DNA of 63,968 nt, counting the filler, from Pirum gemmata (lineage: Eukaryota): the NCBI GenBank assembly GCA_002812295.1. It is 25 parts of 25 records of this genome, joined end to end, with 100 filler letters (N's around TTAATTAATTAA, not from the genome) between each part and the next. Parts side by side here need not be neighbours in the genome. Positions count along the whole stretch, not along the records: positions 9,245 to 12,716 come from PDIN01007586.1; positions 12,817 to 15,042 come from PDIN01007587.1; positions 15,143 to 17,367 come from PDIN01007588.1; positions 17,468 to 19,692 come from PDIN01007589.1; positions 19,793 to 22,019 come from PDIN01007590.1; positions 22,120 to 24,336 come from PDIN01007591.1; positions 24,437 to 28,140 come from PDIN01007592.1; 18 more parts are not named here. One strand, 5' to 3'. The position numbers and the translations under genes were made by a program. How positions within the stretch are numbered: position 1 is the first letter of the stretch; each line of letters begins with the position of its first letter. Of the stretch, positions 12,669 to 24,530 are shown in pieces. Under the pieces are notes generated by a model that was given only the letters and a program-made list of their open reading frames with translations, did no database searches and was not told the origin of the DNA.

Positions 12669-12866
12669 GTAAGATGTTAATTAATTAAATCAAATAGTTT
12701 ATCATTATTATTATTANNNNNNNNNNNNNNNNNNNNNNNNNNNNNNNNNNNNNNNNNNNNTTAATTAATTAANNNNNNNNNNNNNNNNNNNNNNNNNNNN
12801 NNNNNNNNNNNNNNNNTGGGTGTGTGTGTGTGTGTGTGTAGGCATTTACTTTATTTTAACTACTAG

Positions 12867-15008
12867 GTTTGGAATTCTTTGCTGTTCAGCCAATTGACAC
12901 CGATAAAAAAGAATTTATACAACCCAACGAAAACCCAGACCATTTGCCCACACTTTTGCAACAAGCTATGGGGACTGCCCATACTATCAGTGTGTTAGGT
13001 GAGAAATTTGTTGGAAACCCAGTAGATTGTGAAATGTTTAAATCTTCAGGCTGGAAATTACAGCAGCATGAAACTGGTGACATTTTGACAAAAGGAAATG
13101 AAGAAGTTAAAATTCTTAAAGTGTTTGAATTTGAACATGCTCGTATGTCAATGAGTGTGTGCTTTTTGGATGTCAAGACTAACGAAATTCATGTTATTGT
13201 CAAAGGGAGTTATGAGAAGATTAAACAAGTCAGTAATCCTGAAAGTGTTCCTGCCAATTACGATGATGTTACCAGGTAAAAATCAATATTGTTTTATATT
13301 TTCTTAAACCCGTATATTGCTTGCTTGACTTATAAGATACATTTACAAACATTACAAACAATGAACAATAGAATGAACTAAATAGCTAATTAACAATTTT
13401 ATATTTTTATTATTAAAAAGCGAACATGCTGTAAATGGTAGTTATACATTGGGTATCGCACATAAGAGCTTTGGAAAAGATTACGATATTAATTTACTAA
13501 AAAGTATGCAACGAGAAGACTTTGAGTCCAATTGCGATTGTGTAGGCTTAATTATGTTTAAGAATAAGTTAAAAGATGATGCTGAAGTTTCGATTAAAGC
13601 TCTAAAAGCAGGAAATGTGAGGCCAATCATGATTACTGGTGACAATGCTTTGACAGGAGTTTACATTGGAAGACAATGTGGAATGACTAATGAAAAAGAT
13701 GGCATTGTTATTTTGGGCGATGTTCGAAAAGGTACGTTGTTTTGCTTGTTTTCTTTTGTTTTGTTTTTTCTTTTCTATTTTCTTTTCTTTTCTTTGGTTT
13801 GGTCTTAAATTCCTATTCCAATTTTTACATATGTAGGATTACTTTTTTCTTATCTTACTATTATTTACTATGATGCGATTGATTAACAGCATGATATTGT
13901 TTTTATTATAAAGGTACACAAAGCACAAGCAAAAAGAAATCTGGAGGCCAATCCATTTCAGGAAATATGCCTCAACTGCAATGGACAATAATTGGTACTG
14001 GAGAAGAAGTTAATCTTGAAGATTACGTTGATTTCGACAGTTTATCCAGAGCTACGGGAGCTGGTAGTTTAGGTGGGCTTGATTATGAATATGCTGCTGA
14101 TGATGCTGGTAGCAGTACTACAACTGATTGCATGATGAAAATGACTACCGCTCATGGGTTGAATGAAAACGGACAAGCTAAATCTGTGGAGTTGGCGGTG
14201 ACTGGAAAAGCATTTGATATATTATGTGAGATTGGTATGATGCGTTCTTTGTTATTGAATACTCGCATTTTTGCTAGAATGACTCCTGATGGGAAGGTAA
14301 TTAAATTACTATACAAATATACACATAATACATGATATAAATATACTATATATATATTTAGTCTATATATATAAAAAAAGAAATATATATGTAATAAATG
14401 ATAATGATAATAATAATGATAACATAAACAGGTGAAATGTGTAGAACTTCATATGGAAAGAGGTATTACAGCCATGTGCGGAGATGGAGGTAATGATTGT
14501 GGTGCACTCCGAGCTGCCCATGCTGGTTTGGCGTTATCAGACGCGGAAGCTTCAATCGTATCGCCATTCAGTTCAAATGATCGTGGTGTTAACTCTGTTG
14601 TACGTTTATTAAGAGAGGGAAGAGGTGCTTTAGCGACGTCCTTTTCATCTTACAAATATTTGTTGTGGTATGGTGAAACCATTGTATTTATGAAAATGAT
14701 GATTTTATACTTTGGTGTGTCTTTGTCACAATATATATGGATGTTGTTGGATTCTTTTGTGGTAGTGGTATTATCCTACGCGATTTCCCAAGCCAAACCT
14801 ACTAAGTTCTTGTCAGCTATGAGACCATCAGCTCGTTTGCTGGGCATAGAAACAGTTACTGGTGTAACATCTATTGTATTAATCAATGTAATGTTTTTGT
14901 GTTTCTCGATGGTATTGCTGTTTAATGAAGATTGGTTTGTATGTAATGAGTTTGATTCTTCTTTGACCGACACTTCAAAATGGTGGTTGCTAGGTGATAA
15001 TTGGGAAG
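12867..15008 (+). CDS. ATP13A: P5B-type P-ATPase (ATP13A2-5/Ypk9-like), internal part. Exons 12867-13275, 13421-13731, 13914-14296, 14432-15008
   Basis: KGSYEKI, MITGDNALTG, FARMTPDGKV, MCGDGGNDCGALRAAHAGLALS, ASIVSPFSS and EGRGALATSF motifs; NDCGAL indicates P5B rather than P5A (NDVGAL); phases consistent. Confidence 0.93.
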
Positions 15009-15165
15009 GTATTAGTATTAGTACTAGTATTAGTATTAGTATNNNNNNNNNNNNNNNNNNNNNNNNNNNNNNNNNNNNNNNNNNNNTTAATTAATTAANN
15101 NNNNNNNNNNNNNNNNNNNNNNNNNNNNNNNNNNNNNNNNNNTAATAATAATAATTATAATCAAA

Positions 15166-16992
15166 TCAAAAAGAACGTCTACTATTTCGATAAGCAAAGA
15201 AATTATCAAAGTTCTGAATAAAATCATCGCTAAAAAATTGACAGCCCTTCTCGCTAACACTTATTTCCGCGGCACCCAAAAAGAAGAAAGCACCACCTGT
15301 TTCCGAACAAAATCTTGCTTTTACCACTTTTCCATGAAACCCCCGATCACTCAGATGGATAAAATTTACAGAAGGTTCTTGGAAAGAAAGATAATTCCCG
15401 TCAATATCCTGTACCAAAAGTACGCTTGTTGTATCTGTTTGAAATAGAGTAGGTGCACCGAACGCTCGAAACCTAAAGCTAAATAACGTGGCTTTTTGCT
15501 CTACTGTTAAAAATACGTAGTTACAACCATTATCAACGTTGGAGTCCAATTGACTTGCAAAAATAACTTCACCATTAACGTTAAATAACTCAATGTTACC
15601 CATGCAAAACTCAAGACCACCGACTTGTTCAAAAAAAGTTCCTTGGATAAATTGATCATCAACTTCATCACTATTAAAAGAGGAAACGTAAAATTGGCCA
15701 TCATTTCGGAACACTCTCACTTGTGGGGTTTGGATTAGAGCAATAGGACTGGTGACTATGGCCTTGTCAGCAATAAAGGCGTAGTTCTGGGGGTTGTAAA
15801 TTTCAACAGCTGGATTACAATCAATAAGAATAATAGCTTGCGTTGAACCTGTTCTATAAGAGAGACATTTCCCAGGAAATTGTAAAGATTCCAAAGCAAC
15901 AAAATTTTCATCACGGTAAGTAACCCATTGCTGTTGTAGATTGACACTAATTCGTGCTGCCCAAACAATAGTTTCTCCGTCGTCAGCTAAAGTAATAGCT
16001 TGATTACTTCGCTCGTTATAAAGAACACACCCCCTAACATTATTTTGATCACACTCGATACTTATATCTTGTTCTACTGCAAAACGATCACATGGCACAC
16101 CTTTAACTCTACCATCTCCTATGTCATTGTGTAAACAACGCCTTGAGTTTACTTCGCCATCTATCACTCTTGCTCTAACTGTATCTATAGCCTCGTGGCT
16201 GACACTAGGATCAAAATTACCACGCGGGCAGTCATTGATACACGATAAAGTGAGATCAGCTGTTGTCCACCAGTCATCACCCAAACACCATACATGTCTT
16301 CCTCCATTCGCATGTTGGTTTATAAACATGACTTGGGTAGGATCATCTGCTTTTCTAATAGTAATAGGGAACTCATATTCGGGTACTGCAATGTTACCAC
16401 CCAAAGGAAAATCTTCACCGTAAAATCTACCACTACGACCAAACACGCGAATTCCCCCAGAACACGATGCATCATTAATTCTATAAGCAAAATCGTCATC
16501 TAAAACAATAGGAGTGACGTCTTCACTTAACTTCACTTCCCCATTTTGACATGTTATATAAAGTGCTTCACCGTTATCATTTATATTGACTCTCATTAAA
16601 ACTTGATTATCACTTCGCTGGGTAACCACAACTCGTGGTTTTTCATCATCATTGTTATTAAATAAGGACTTAGGAAAGTATACTGTATTACCATCATTAA
16701 TAATACTATCATCAAAATAAGATAATGGTGCACCTAAAGATACATCTCCAGTAGGACCCATTACATGGGAGTAGAATTCAAAATATGTAAATCGCTCGTA
16801 ATTATTAATAAAATCAAAAGCTTCAATTCTCACATCATATTCACTGGTGTCGCAATAATTTAGTATTCTTTTTCTTTGTTCGCCGCCACTAGCTTGGACT
16901 TTGGTTACTACTCCTACCGTAGCCATTATCATTACTGTAATGCCTACTGGTTTGGTTATTCTGAATAAAGCTAGTTGTAAGAGTTTAAACAT
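15166..16992 (-). CDS. Intronless, probably secreted 608-aa protein with a central ricin-B (beta-trefoil) lectin-like domain
   Basis: Hydrophobic N-terminus ending VQA; RCLHND..VKGVPCD, QQQW and GKCLSY..IILIDCNP resemble ricin-B subdomains. Confidence 0.7.
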   Translation of the reverse strand: MFKLLQLALFRITKPVGITVMIMATVGVVTKVQASGGEQRKRILNYCDTSEYDVRIEAFDFINNYERFTYFEFYSHVMGPTGDVSLGAPLSYFDDSIINDGNTVYFPKSLFNNNDDEKPRVVVTQRSDNQVLMRVNINDNGEALYITCQNGEVKLSEDVTPIVLDDDFAYRINDASCSGGIRVFGRSGRFYGEDFPLGGNIAVPEYEFPITIRKADDPTQVMFINQHANGGRHVWCLGDDWWTTADLTLSCINDCPRGNFDPSVSHEAIDTVRARVIDGEVNSRRCLHNDIGDGRVKGVPCDRFAVEQDISIECDQNNVRGCVLYNERSNQAITLADDGETIVWAARISVNLQQQWVTYRDENFVALESLQFPGKCLSYRTGSTQAIILIDCNPAVEIYNPQNYAFIADKAIVTSPIALIQTPQVRVFRNDGQFYVSSFNSDEVDDQFIQGTFFEQVGGLEFCMGNIELFNVNGEVIFASQLDSNVDNGCNYVFLTVEQKATLFSFRFRAFGAPTLFQTDTTSVLLVQDIDGNYLSFQEPSVNFIHLSDRGFHGKVVKARFCSETGGAFFFLGAAEISVSEKGCQFFSDDFIQNFDNFFAYRNSRRSF

Positions 16993-17120
16993 TGTTTTGT
17001 TTTTTTGTTTGTTTATATATTATATATATTATGATATTTTAAGTAATATACATACATTGGATTTGATTTTTTTTGTTTTGTTTTGTTTTGTTTTCTAAAC
17101 TATCTCTTTTTTTTTAATTA

Positions 17121-17152
<32 letters not shown>

Positions 17153-17212
17153 GAACTGTATTAAATTTGATAGTTTTTTTATTAAAATAAAAGATTTTTT
17201 TTTGTTTTTTGT

Positions 17213-17253
<41 letters not shown>

Positions 17254-17890
17254 AAAAGGTTATTTTTTTTAAAAAAAAGGTTAATTAATTCAAGTATTGT
17301 ATTTTTATTATATTATTATTATTTTTTATTTTTTTTATATATATTAATAATAATAATAATAATAATTNNNNNNNNNNNNNNNNNNNNNNNNNNNNNNNNN
17401 NNNNNNNNNNNTTAATTAATTAANNNNNNNNNNNNNNNNNNNNNNNNNNNNNNNNNNNNNNNNNNNNCAATATATTTTGTTTATAACACAAAACAAGAAT
17501 TTGATGATTTTTTTGAAATTAAAATATTGACCAGATAATTATTATTATTATATAAAGATAGAGTAATAATAGCTGTAATAATCCATAGTATCATTCATTG
17601 TACACTGCGTAGACCGTCTACTAGAGACTAGTTAGTGTTTTAATTAACTTTAGTATGATAGTGTTTTGTTTTTTAATTAAAAATCACATTCTGCAAAAAT
17701 TTTTCGAATAATACAATTTTTTTATAAAATAATATTATCATATAAATATATATAATACAATAAAATGATATTAATATTACATTACATTTCGAATTCGATT
17801 GTGTTCTACAATAGTATAGTAGTAATAGTATCCTCATATATATCAATACAAAAAATTATAATAATATTTAGACCCGATCTTTAGTTTTTC

Positions 17891-18126
17891 GATCAGGTTT
17901 TTGATAGTGTTGTCCCGCTAGCTAGTAGCTAGCTAGTTAGAGAGTGTTGTCCAGTTCAAAAATTGAAATAAACGTACCAAATTATTATTATGTTTAAATT
18001 ATCAGACACGTTTTAATTAATTTGGTATTTTATACTTAATGTTGTATTTAATAAACAAGTTCAATTATACACTTAAACAGTACCAAATTAAAGAATGAGA
18101 GGACAACTGTAATGAAATAGATGATA
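17891..18126 (-). mobile_element. MITE family B copy with a CTAG-rich insertion near one end
   Basis: Reverse complement of 54271-54470; AGTGTTGTCC duplicated around 27 nt of filler. Confidence 0.8.
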
Positions 18127-18745
18127 TCTGATATTATATATTATTCTATATTATTCTATCCATAACCAGATGTGGGTCTTTCGGACATTTGCAGACCAAC
18201 CAACTTTAAATTCTCTCCTCTCTCTAGTCTCCTCTCTCTGGTTTGATGGCTGTTTATAATAAATATTTTTATTATAAAATAAATAGTAGAGGTAAGATGA
18301 CGTCATTTTATTATTACCGAACAGCTGCCGGAACTTTTCCGATTTTATGGTTTTATTACTATTAATGTTAATATTCTTACTTTAATTGGTATCTGCTATA
18401 ATTAGATTTACTATTTTAAGCTATTTAACTGCTATTATTAGTAAAAAACACGGATCTAAGGTTGGCTCGATAAGCATCTGTTCGAAAAAAGTTCCAGTAG
18501 ATATCTCACCCCTACTAAATAAATACTATTTCAATAGACTACTATCTATAATCGATATCGATAAATATTAGTCTATCATATGGATAAATCATTACTTAGT
18601 TAGATATCAATGGGTAAATCATTACTTAGATGAGTAGTAGTAGTAGTATGCATCAGTTAGTCTACCAGTATGTATGAAAGCCTAGCTAGCTAGTAGCTAG
18701 CTAGACTATATAAATTATATGGATATTTTTATTATAATCGACTTA

Positions 18746-18890
18746 GGGAGCGTTCAAATACTACGCAACGCAAATTTCCAGTCAAATACAGCTTCAAATA
18801 CCCCTACCTACCTACCCCTCGACGTCAATTTCCGGTCAAATACCACCTACTTACCTACCCCTTAACGTGACGTATTATTTGAACACTGCC
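18746..18890 (+). mobile_element. MITE family C (PIF/Harbinger/Tourist-like, 145 bp)
   Basis: TTA|GGGAGCGTTCAAATACTACG ... CGTATTATTTGAACACTGCC|TTA; TTA flanks and GGG termini are typical of PIF/Harbinger. Confidence 0.8.
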
Positions 18891-19118
18891 TTATGATATT
18901 ATAAAAAGAAACGATGTAGACCCGGGCGGTCTAGCTAGTAGTAGGAGCTGATGTAGAGTTGATGTATCATGTAGGCCTTGTTATCAGATAACTATATTGA
19001 TATATCATATATCATAGACTATTTTTTATTTTCATAGTTTTTATCATAATAACTTTGCTAGCTAGACTTAGGAATCAGGATTCAGGATAGTCTATTATTT
19101 TATTTTTTATAAAGACTA

Positions 19119-19316
19119 GAGGGTTAGGGTTAGGGTTAGGGTTAGGGTTAAGGCTCTAGCTAGCTAGAGGGTTAGGGTTAGGGTTAGCTAAGGTTAGAGT
19201 TATTAAGGCTAGCTACTAGAGGTTTAGGGTTACGGTTACGGTTACGGTATTACAGTTACGGTTACGGTTACGGTTACGGTTACGGTTACGATTTGGGTTA
19301 CAGTTAGGGTTAGGGT
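19119..19316. repeat. Interstitial TTAGGG array with CTAG interruptions and a (GGTTAC)n variant block
   Basis: Direct reading. Confidence 0.9.
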
Positions 19317-19405
19317 TTTTAGATTTTTAGTAGAGTCAGTATCAGAAGTGCATCCATCAACTAACTACAATGGCTAGCTAGTAGCTACTATTACAGGTAC
19401 TAGCA

Positions 19406-19541
19406 GGGAGCGTTCAAATACTACGTAACGCCAATTTCCGGTCAAGTACAGCTTCAAATACCCCTAGCTACCTACCCCTTGACGTTAATTTCCGGTCAAA
19501 TACCGCCTACCTACCTACCCCTTGACGTGACGTATTATTTG
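19406..19541 (+). mobile_element. MITE family C copy, right TIR truncated
   Basis: High identity to 18746-18890. Confidence 0.8.
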
Positions 19542-19620
19542 TAGAGGTTTCACGTTACAGGTTTTCAAATAGACTATCGTGACTCTATCATGGCTAATTT
19601 TTATATCATAGTCTAGACTA

Positions 19621-19692
19621 GTGCTTTTCATTTATTTTGTCACTCCGAATATTTATTTGGTTGGTTATAATATTCAAATTGACATTTTTAAA
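19621..19692 (+). mobile_element. MITE family A left end, cut by contig edge
   Basis: TA|GTGCTTTTCATTTATTTTGTCACTCCG. Confidence 0.75.
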
Positions 19693-20426
19693 NNNNNNNN
19701 NNNNNNNNNNNNNNNNNNNNNNNNNNNNNNNNNNNNTTAATTAATTAANNNNNNNNNNNNNNNNNNNNNNNNNNNNNNNNNNNNNNNNNNNNTAATAATA
19801 ATAAATAAAATGATAGGGATAGTGTTTTATATAAATAATTATTATAATAATTATATGATTTATATCCAGCTGATTATGAAAAATACCAGATAAAAAATTT
19901 TCATCTTCTGGCTAGACAGACTCGAGATTTTTTTGATTTTTCTTTCCTGTCCTAAAAATATATTATCATATAAAATATAGACCCTAGCTAGCTAGCTAGC
20001 ACTTAGCTAGCCCAAAACCCTAAAACTAAGGTTCCTAACCCTAAGTAGAATCTATGAGACTATGAGTCTATGACATCACCTAACTAACGTTCCTAACCCT
20101 AAGTAGAATCTATAGTCTATGAAGCTGTCTATGACATCATTTTTACTATCCGAAGCGATCCGGAGACTTTTTCGGATCCGTCCGATTCGTTTTGAAGCGT
20201 CCGAAAGGGGTTTCGGATCGATCCGGAAACTCTGGATCGGGACAGTGGTCCCGGAAATCTTCGGGACTCACAACTCTGCCTGTAGATAATGGCTGTTGGA
20301 TGTTTATTGTATCAGTTAGAGAAATATCGCGTCCAGTTATATTATATTTTGTTTTTGACATTTTATTTTTATTTTATAAAATAAAAAAAAAAATATTATT
20401 ATTATTTATTAAATAAAATAAAAAAA

Positions 20427-20699
20427 ATGAAAACTAGTATTTATGATATCATTATTGATAATATTTTAGATAATCATATACCAAGTCGAAAACATAATTT
20501 TAGTACTGATGCCCAGGTGACAAAATTAAGAAATCGAATTAAAGAAAGATTAAAAGATAGGCCTGATTTGATAAATGATAAACATGCTTTAAATAACCTT
20601 ATTAATCAATATGCAACTTTAAAAAATCATCCTATCAGTCATAACAATCCCATGTTTGGCCGAAGAAGAAGATCTAGTACTAGAGCAGGGCCTAGGTAA
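20427..20699 (+). CDS. Small intronless basic protein (90 aa), unknown function, possibly virus-derived
   Basis: ATG preceded by a poly-A leader; non-repetitive protein ending FGRRRRSSTRAGPR; divergent from a second ATG ORF starting at 20361 on the minus strand. Confidence 0.5.
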   Translation: MKTSIYDIIIDNILDNHIPSRKHNFSTDAQVTKLRNRIKERLKDRPDLINDKHALNNLINQYATLKNHPISHNNPMFGRRRRSSTRAGPR

Positions 20700-21125
20700 A
20701 TTACTTGCCAAATAAAGTAAACTCTGCAAATTTGGTAATATTTAACATATATAGTATTTTTCGATTTGTCTATAATTAGAAAAGCAGATTAGCGTAAGTG
20801 TCTTTTACTCACGTCGAATCGTTTTTTTATCCACAACAGTATCACAAGGTAAACAACTTGCCAAATAAAGTAAAATATGAAAATTTGGTAATATTTGCCA
20901 TATATAGTAATTTTGATTTGTCTATACTTAGAAAAGCAGATTTACCCAAGTAGATAGTGTAAATGTCTTTTACTCACGTCAAATCGTTTTTTTCCAGTAG
21001 TATCGCAAGTAAATAAATAACCAAAAAAAGTAAACTTTGCAAATTTGGTCATGATTACCATATATAGTATTTTAGATTTGTTTATAATCAGAAAAGCATA
21101 TTTGCCCAAGTAGATAATAGCGTAC
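20693..21125. repeat. Tandem repeat, ~3 units of ~155-165 bp
   Basis: CCAAATAAAGTAAA..AAATTTGGTAAT..CATATATAGT..GATTTGTCTATA..TAGAAAAGCAGAT repeated three times. Confidence 0.85.
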
Positions 21126-22198
21126 ATTTTTTTTTTTTTTGTCTCCCAATTTCCATTTTTGTTTTTACTCATAATAGGGGGGGTTTGGGCGTCCTGGGCT
21201 AGGCATGTTCTAAAATAGAATAAAAATAAAGAACATTAACAAACTAATATTAACAACAATAACATTAACAACAATAATATTAACAACAATATTATTAACA
21301 ACAATATTATTAACAACAATATTATTAACAACAATAATACTCAACAACAATAATATTAACAACAATAATCACCAAGACTATATTAACAACAACAACAGGA
21401 TATAGAAATACTAATACCATCTTAATTTTAATTACTAACTAATGCCAATATCAATACAAATAATAAAAAATAATGCTACTAAATGAATAACAAGTTGCAA
21501 AGACATCCTAAATTCTTTTTAAGAAAATGTTCTACATTCACAATCAGATAGATAATTAGAAATGCTAATACTAACACTAATAATAGTAATAATAGGTAAT
21601 AACAGCAAGAACAACAGCAACAAAACCAAGAATCACCACCACCGTCACCACCACCACCACCACCACCACCACCACTACCGCCACAACAACAACACAACAA
21701 TAACAGCAGCATTAGATTACCATATCATTTTTCAAATATTTTTCAAACATTATAAGTCATTGATCTGTTTTACATTGCTTTGATGATGAGGATTCGTGGT
21801 CGTCGGCATTCATTCGTTTATTAGGCCGGATTAACCTAAAGATAAAAATCACAAAAAAAAAAAAAAATTGTATTTTTTAATTTATTTATATTTTTCATAC
21901 CTAGAACATAAATAAACAAAATGAACACCCAAGTAAATGCAAACACAAACACGACCACAACACAAACATGACCACAACACAACTATATAATCATAACCAT
22001 TACCACCCCCCCCCAACCCNNNNNNNNNNNNNNNNNNNNNNNNNNNNNNNNNNNNNNNNNNNNTTAATTAATTAANNNNNNNNNNNNNNNNNNNNNNNNN
22101 NNNNNNNNNNNNNNNNNNNAATATAATAATAATAATATTAATAATAATAATATTCCCTTTTATTAATAATATTTTTTTATTATTCGTGTTTAAAATGA

Positions 22199-23929
22199 TT
22201 AACAATATTCAGGATATTTTACAACAGTTTGTAAAACGAAAAATAATGATTTCCCGCAATCTTCATCTTCTATTGGCATTATAGTAGATTGATAAACGGT
22301 TGTATTAACAGGAAAGTCATGTCGAATGACACCATATTTGCTTGCATAATCTTTGTCTTCAAGTTTAAAAGGTTTTTCCATATCAATCTTCATTCTTTTT
22401 GAATCAACAAAGGCATGAATTGATTTCAAGATGTAAACATTATTAAAATCATATATAATGTAGTTGTAATCTAAATTAGTTCCGTTATACCTTACATCAA
22501 TTTGCCCAACTTGTTCAACCCTATTGTAGTGATTGTTAAATCGTTCGATTGGTAAAATTTGGGTTTGGTTACTTGGTTTTAACTCAATGTTCAGTTTTCT
22601 TTGAACTGCAGTGTAATTATCATCTTTGTCATTTGTATTGGCAAACATAATGTTTTCTTGGTATTTGGTCCTCTCATATTTAACCCTAGCTTGAAAAATA
22701 GCATAAAGAGGCTTTGTTACGTCTTTGTTATCTAGAATAATAGTGCGAGAATAATACTTAAACGTATTTGCAGCAAATGCATGTTCCACTTCACCGTATT
22801 TGCTGTCGTAGTTTTTATCATTCCATTTTCTCCCTTTGTCCTGTATTTTTTGTAAGTTGTTGTTGGTCATTTCTTGTACATCTAAATAAACGTGAAGGGC
22901 CTCGAGAGAATAAACATCCGTAAAATGAAATAATGTATAGTTATAGTTTACAGTATTTCCATTGTATAAAATATCAACTTGCCCAATTCTGTTAAGGTTT
23001 CCGAATTCATCCGTTCTTGTCATTTGAAATGAGCTCACATTTACACTTGGGAATAATTCAACTTTGAAATTTTCATTTTCATTATTCATGTTTGCAGCAA
23101 ATACATTAATCTTCCTTTTTCGGTAATTCTTATAAACAACAGCATGGAACACAGCATAAATAACCTTGAAACGTTCAGTTTTACTAATATTTTTTAATCC
23201 AGAATCCCATGTAATTTTTCTTCCTTTGGTTGTCAGTCTGCTATCAACAACTTGGTCAATACCGTAGGCGCTTTGCTGTTCATACGAAGTTGGGTTGGTG
23301 TTGTTGATTGTAGTAGTATTAGCGTAAGCGTTAATTGAGGATAAATAGTAACCCTTTTCAAATAGTTCGTAATCGTAAGATATATGAGTACCATTATAAA
23401 AAACAGTTAAATTACCAATCCAAATACCTTTATCTGTGTTACAAGTAAGCATAGAGTGATTGTTATTTCTATTGTGTAGATTTTCATAAGCGTCAATCCA
23501 AATTGGAAAGGAAAGTTTTGTTTGTTGAGCAGTTAGTTTCATTTGCCATCCCCAGTTTTCGTTATCAGTATCATGGCTAGGTTTTTTACATTCGTTAAAA
23601 CAACAATTTTCTGAACTAACGTTGAACGGTTTCGCAAATGCTGAAACCTTTTGAGTATAGCATTTTTCATCGTCTTGTTTAGTAGTGGACGAAGTGGCAG
23701 TTGTTGCTGTTATTGTTGTTGACGTTGTTGTTGGTGTTGTTGATGATGGTGATGATGATGATGATGATGGTGGTGATGATGATGATGGTGTTGATGATGA
23801 TGTTGATGACGGAAATGATGATGTTGTTGATGTTGATACTGGTAAAACTGGTGTTGATGATGATGACGATGGTGGTTTCGATGATGAAGGTAATACTGTT
23901 GTACTTTCTAATGAAGTTGTTGGTGTTAT

Positions 23930-23972
<43 letters not shown>

Positions 23973-24336
23973 AATGATGATGATGATGATGATGATGATG
24001 TTGTTGGTGTTGGTGTTGGTGTTGGTGTTGGTGTTGAAGATATCGATACTGTTGTAGAAGATGATGGTGATGATGATGATGGTGTTGGTGTTGGTGTTGG
24101 TGTTGGTGTTGGTGTTGTTGGTAATGGTGATGATGAAGATGATGATGATGATGATGGCCCTGGTGTTAATGATGTTGTACTTTCTTTGGTTGCCGGGCAC
24201 TGTTTGTTACAAGGTTTTGGCTGTGGATTCAGGTTACATGGTTTTCCGGAACCTATTTTGTTTTTTACAATATCTACTTTGCAAGTTTGTGTTCCATTAG
24301 CTACGTAAGGGGTAGGGCTATCTTGACAAGTTGCAG
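22199..24336 (-). CDS. 5'-partial extracellular protein (~710 aa visible): TSP1-like Cys module, Ser/Thr/Pro linker, three ~150-aa beta-rich repeats
   Basis: The frame of the 22199-23542 ORF continues upstream to the contig edge: ATCQDSPTPYVANGTQTCKVDIVKNKIGSGKPCNLNPQPKPCNKQCP, then poly-S/TP, then SAFA..CF..NWGW..FPIW..GIWIGNLTVFYNG; the GxxxxxYNGxxxxYxY pattern occurs three times. Confidence 0.8.
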
Positions 24337-24530
24337 NNNNNNNNNNNNNNNNNNNNNNNNNNNNNNNNNNNNNNNNNNNNTTAATTAATTAANNNNNNNN
24401 NNNNNNNNNNNNNNNNNNNNNNNNNNNNNNNNNNNNATATATATATATGATAAGTTTATTATTATTATTATGTAAACTATTCATAATGTTTTTTTTACTT
24501 CCTATTTGCTTAATTTATTTATTTGTCCAG

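Noticed and set aside
21479..21835. Poly-G/poly-H ORFs and a possible short terminal exon (LIRPNKRMNADDHE..)
   Set aside because: Mostly (CAC)n microsatellite; the exon candidate is too short to support.
23679..24308. Poly-D, poly-M and poly-I ORFs
   Set aside because: Alternative frames of the Ser/Thr/Pro linker of the real minus-strand gene.
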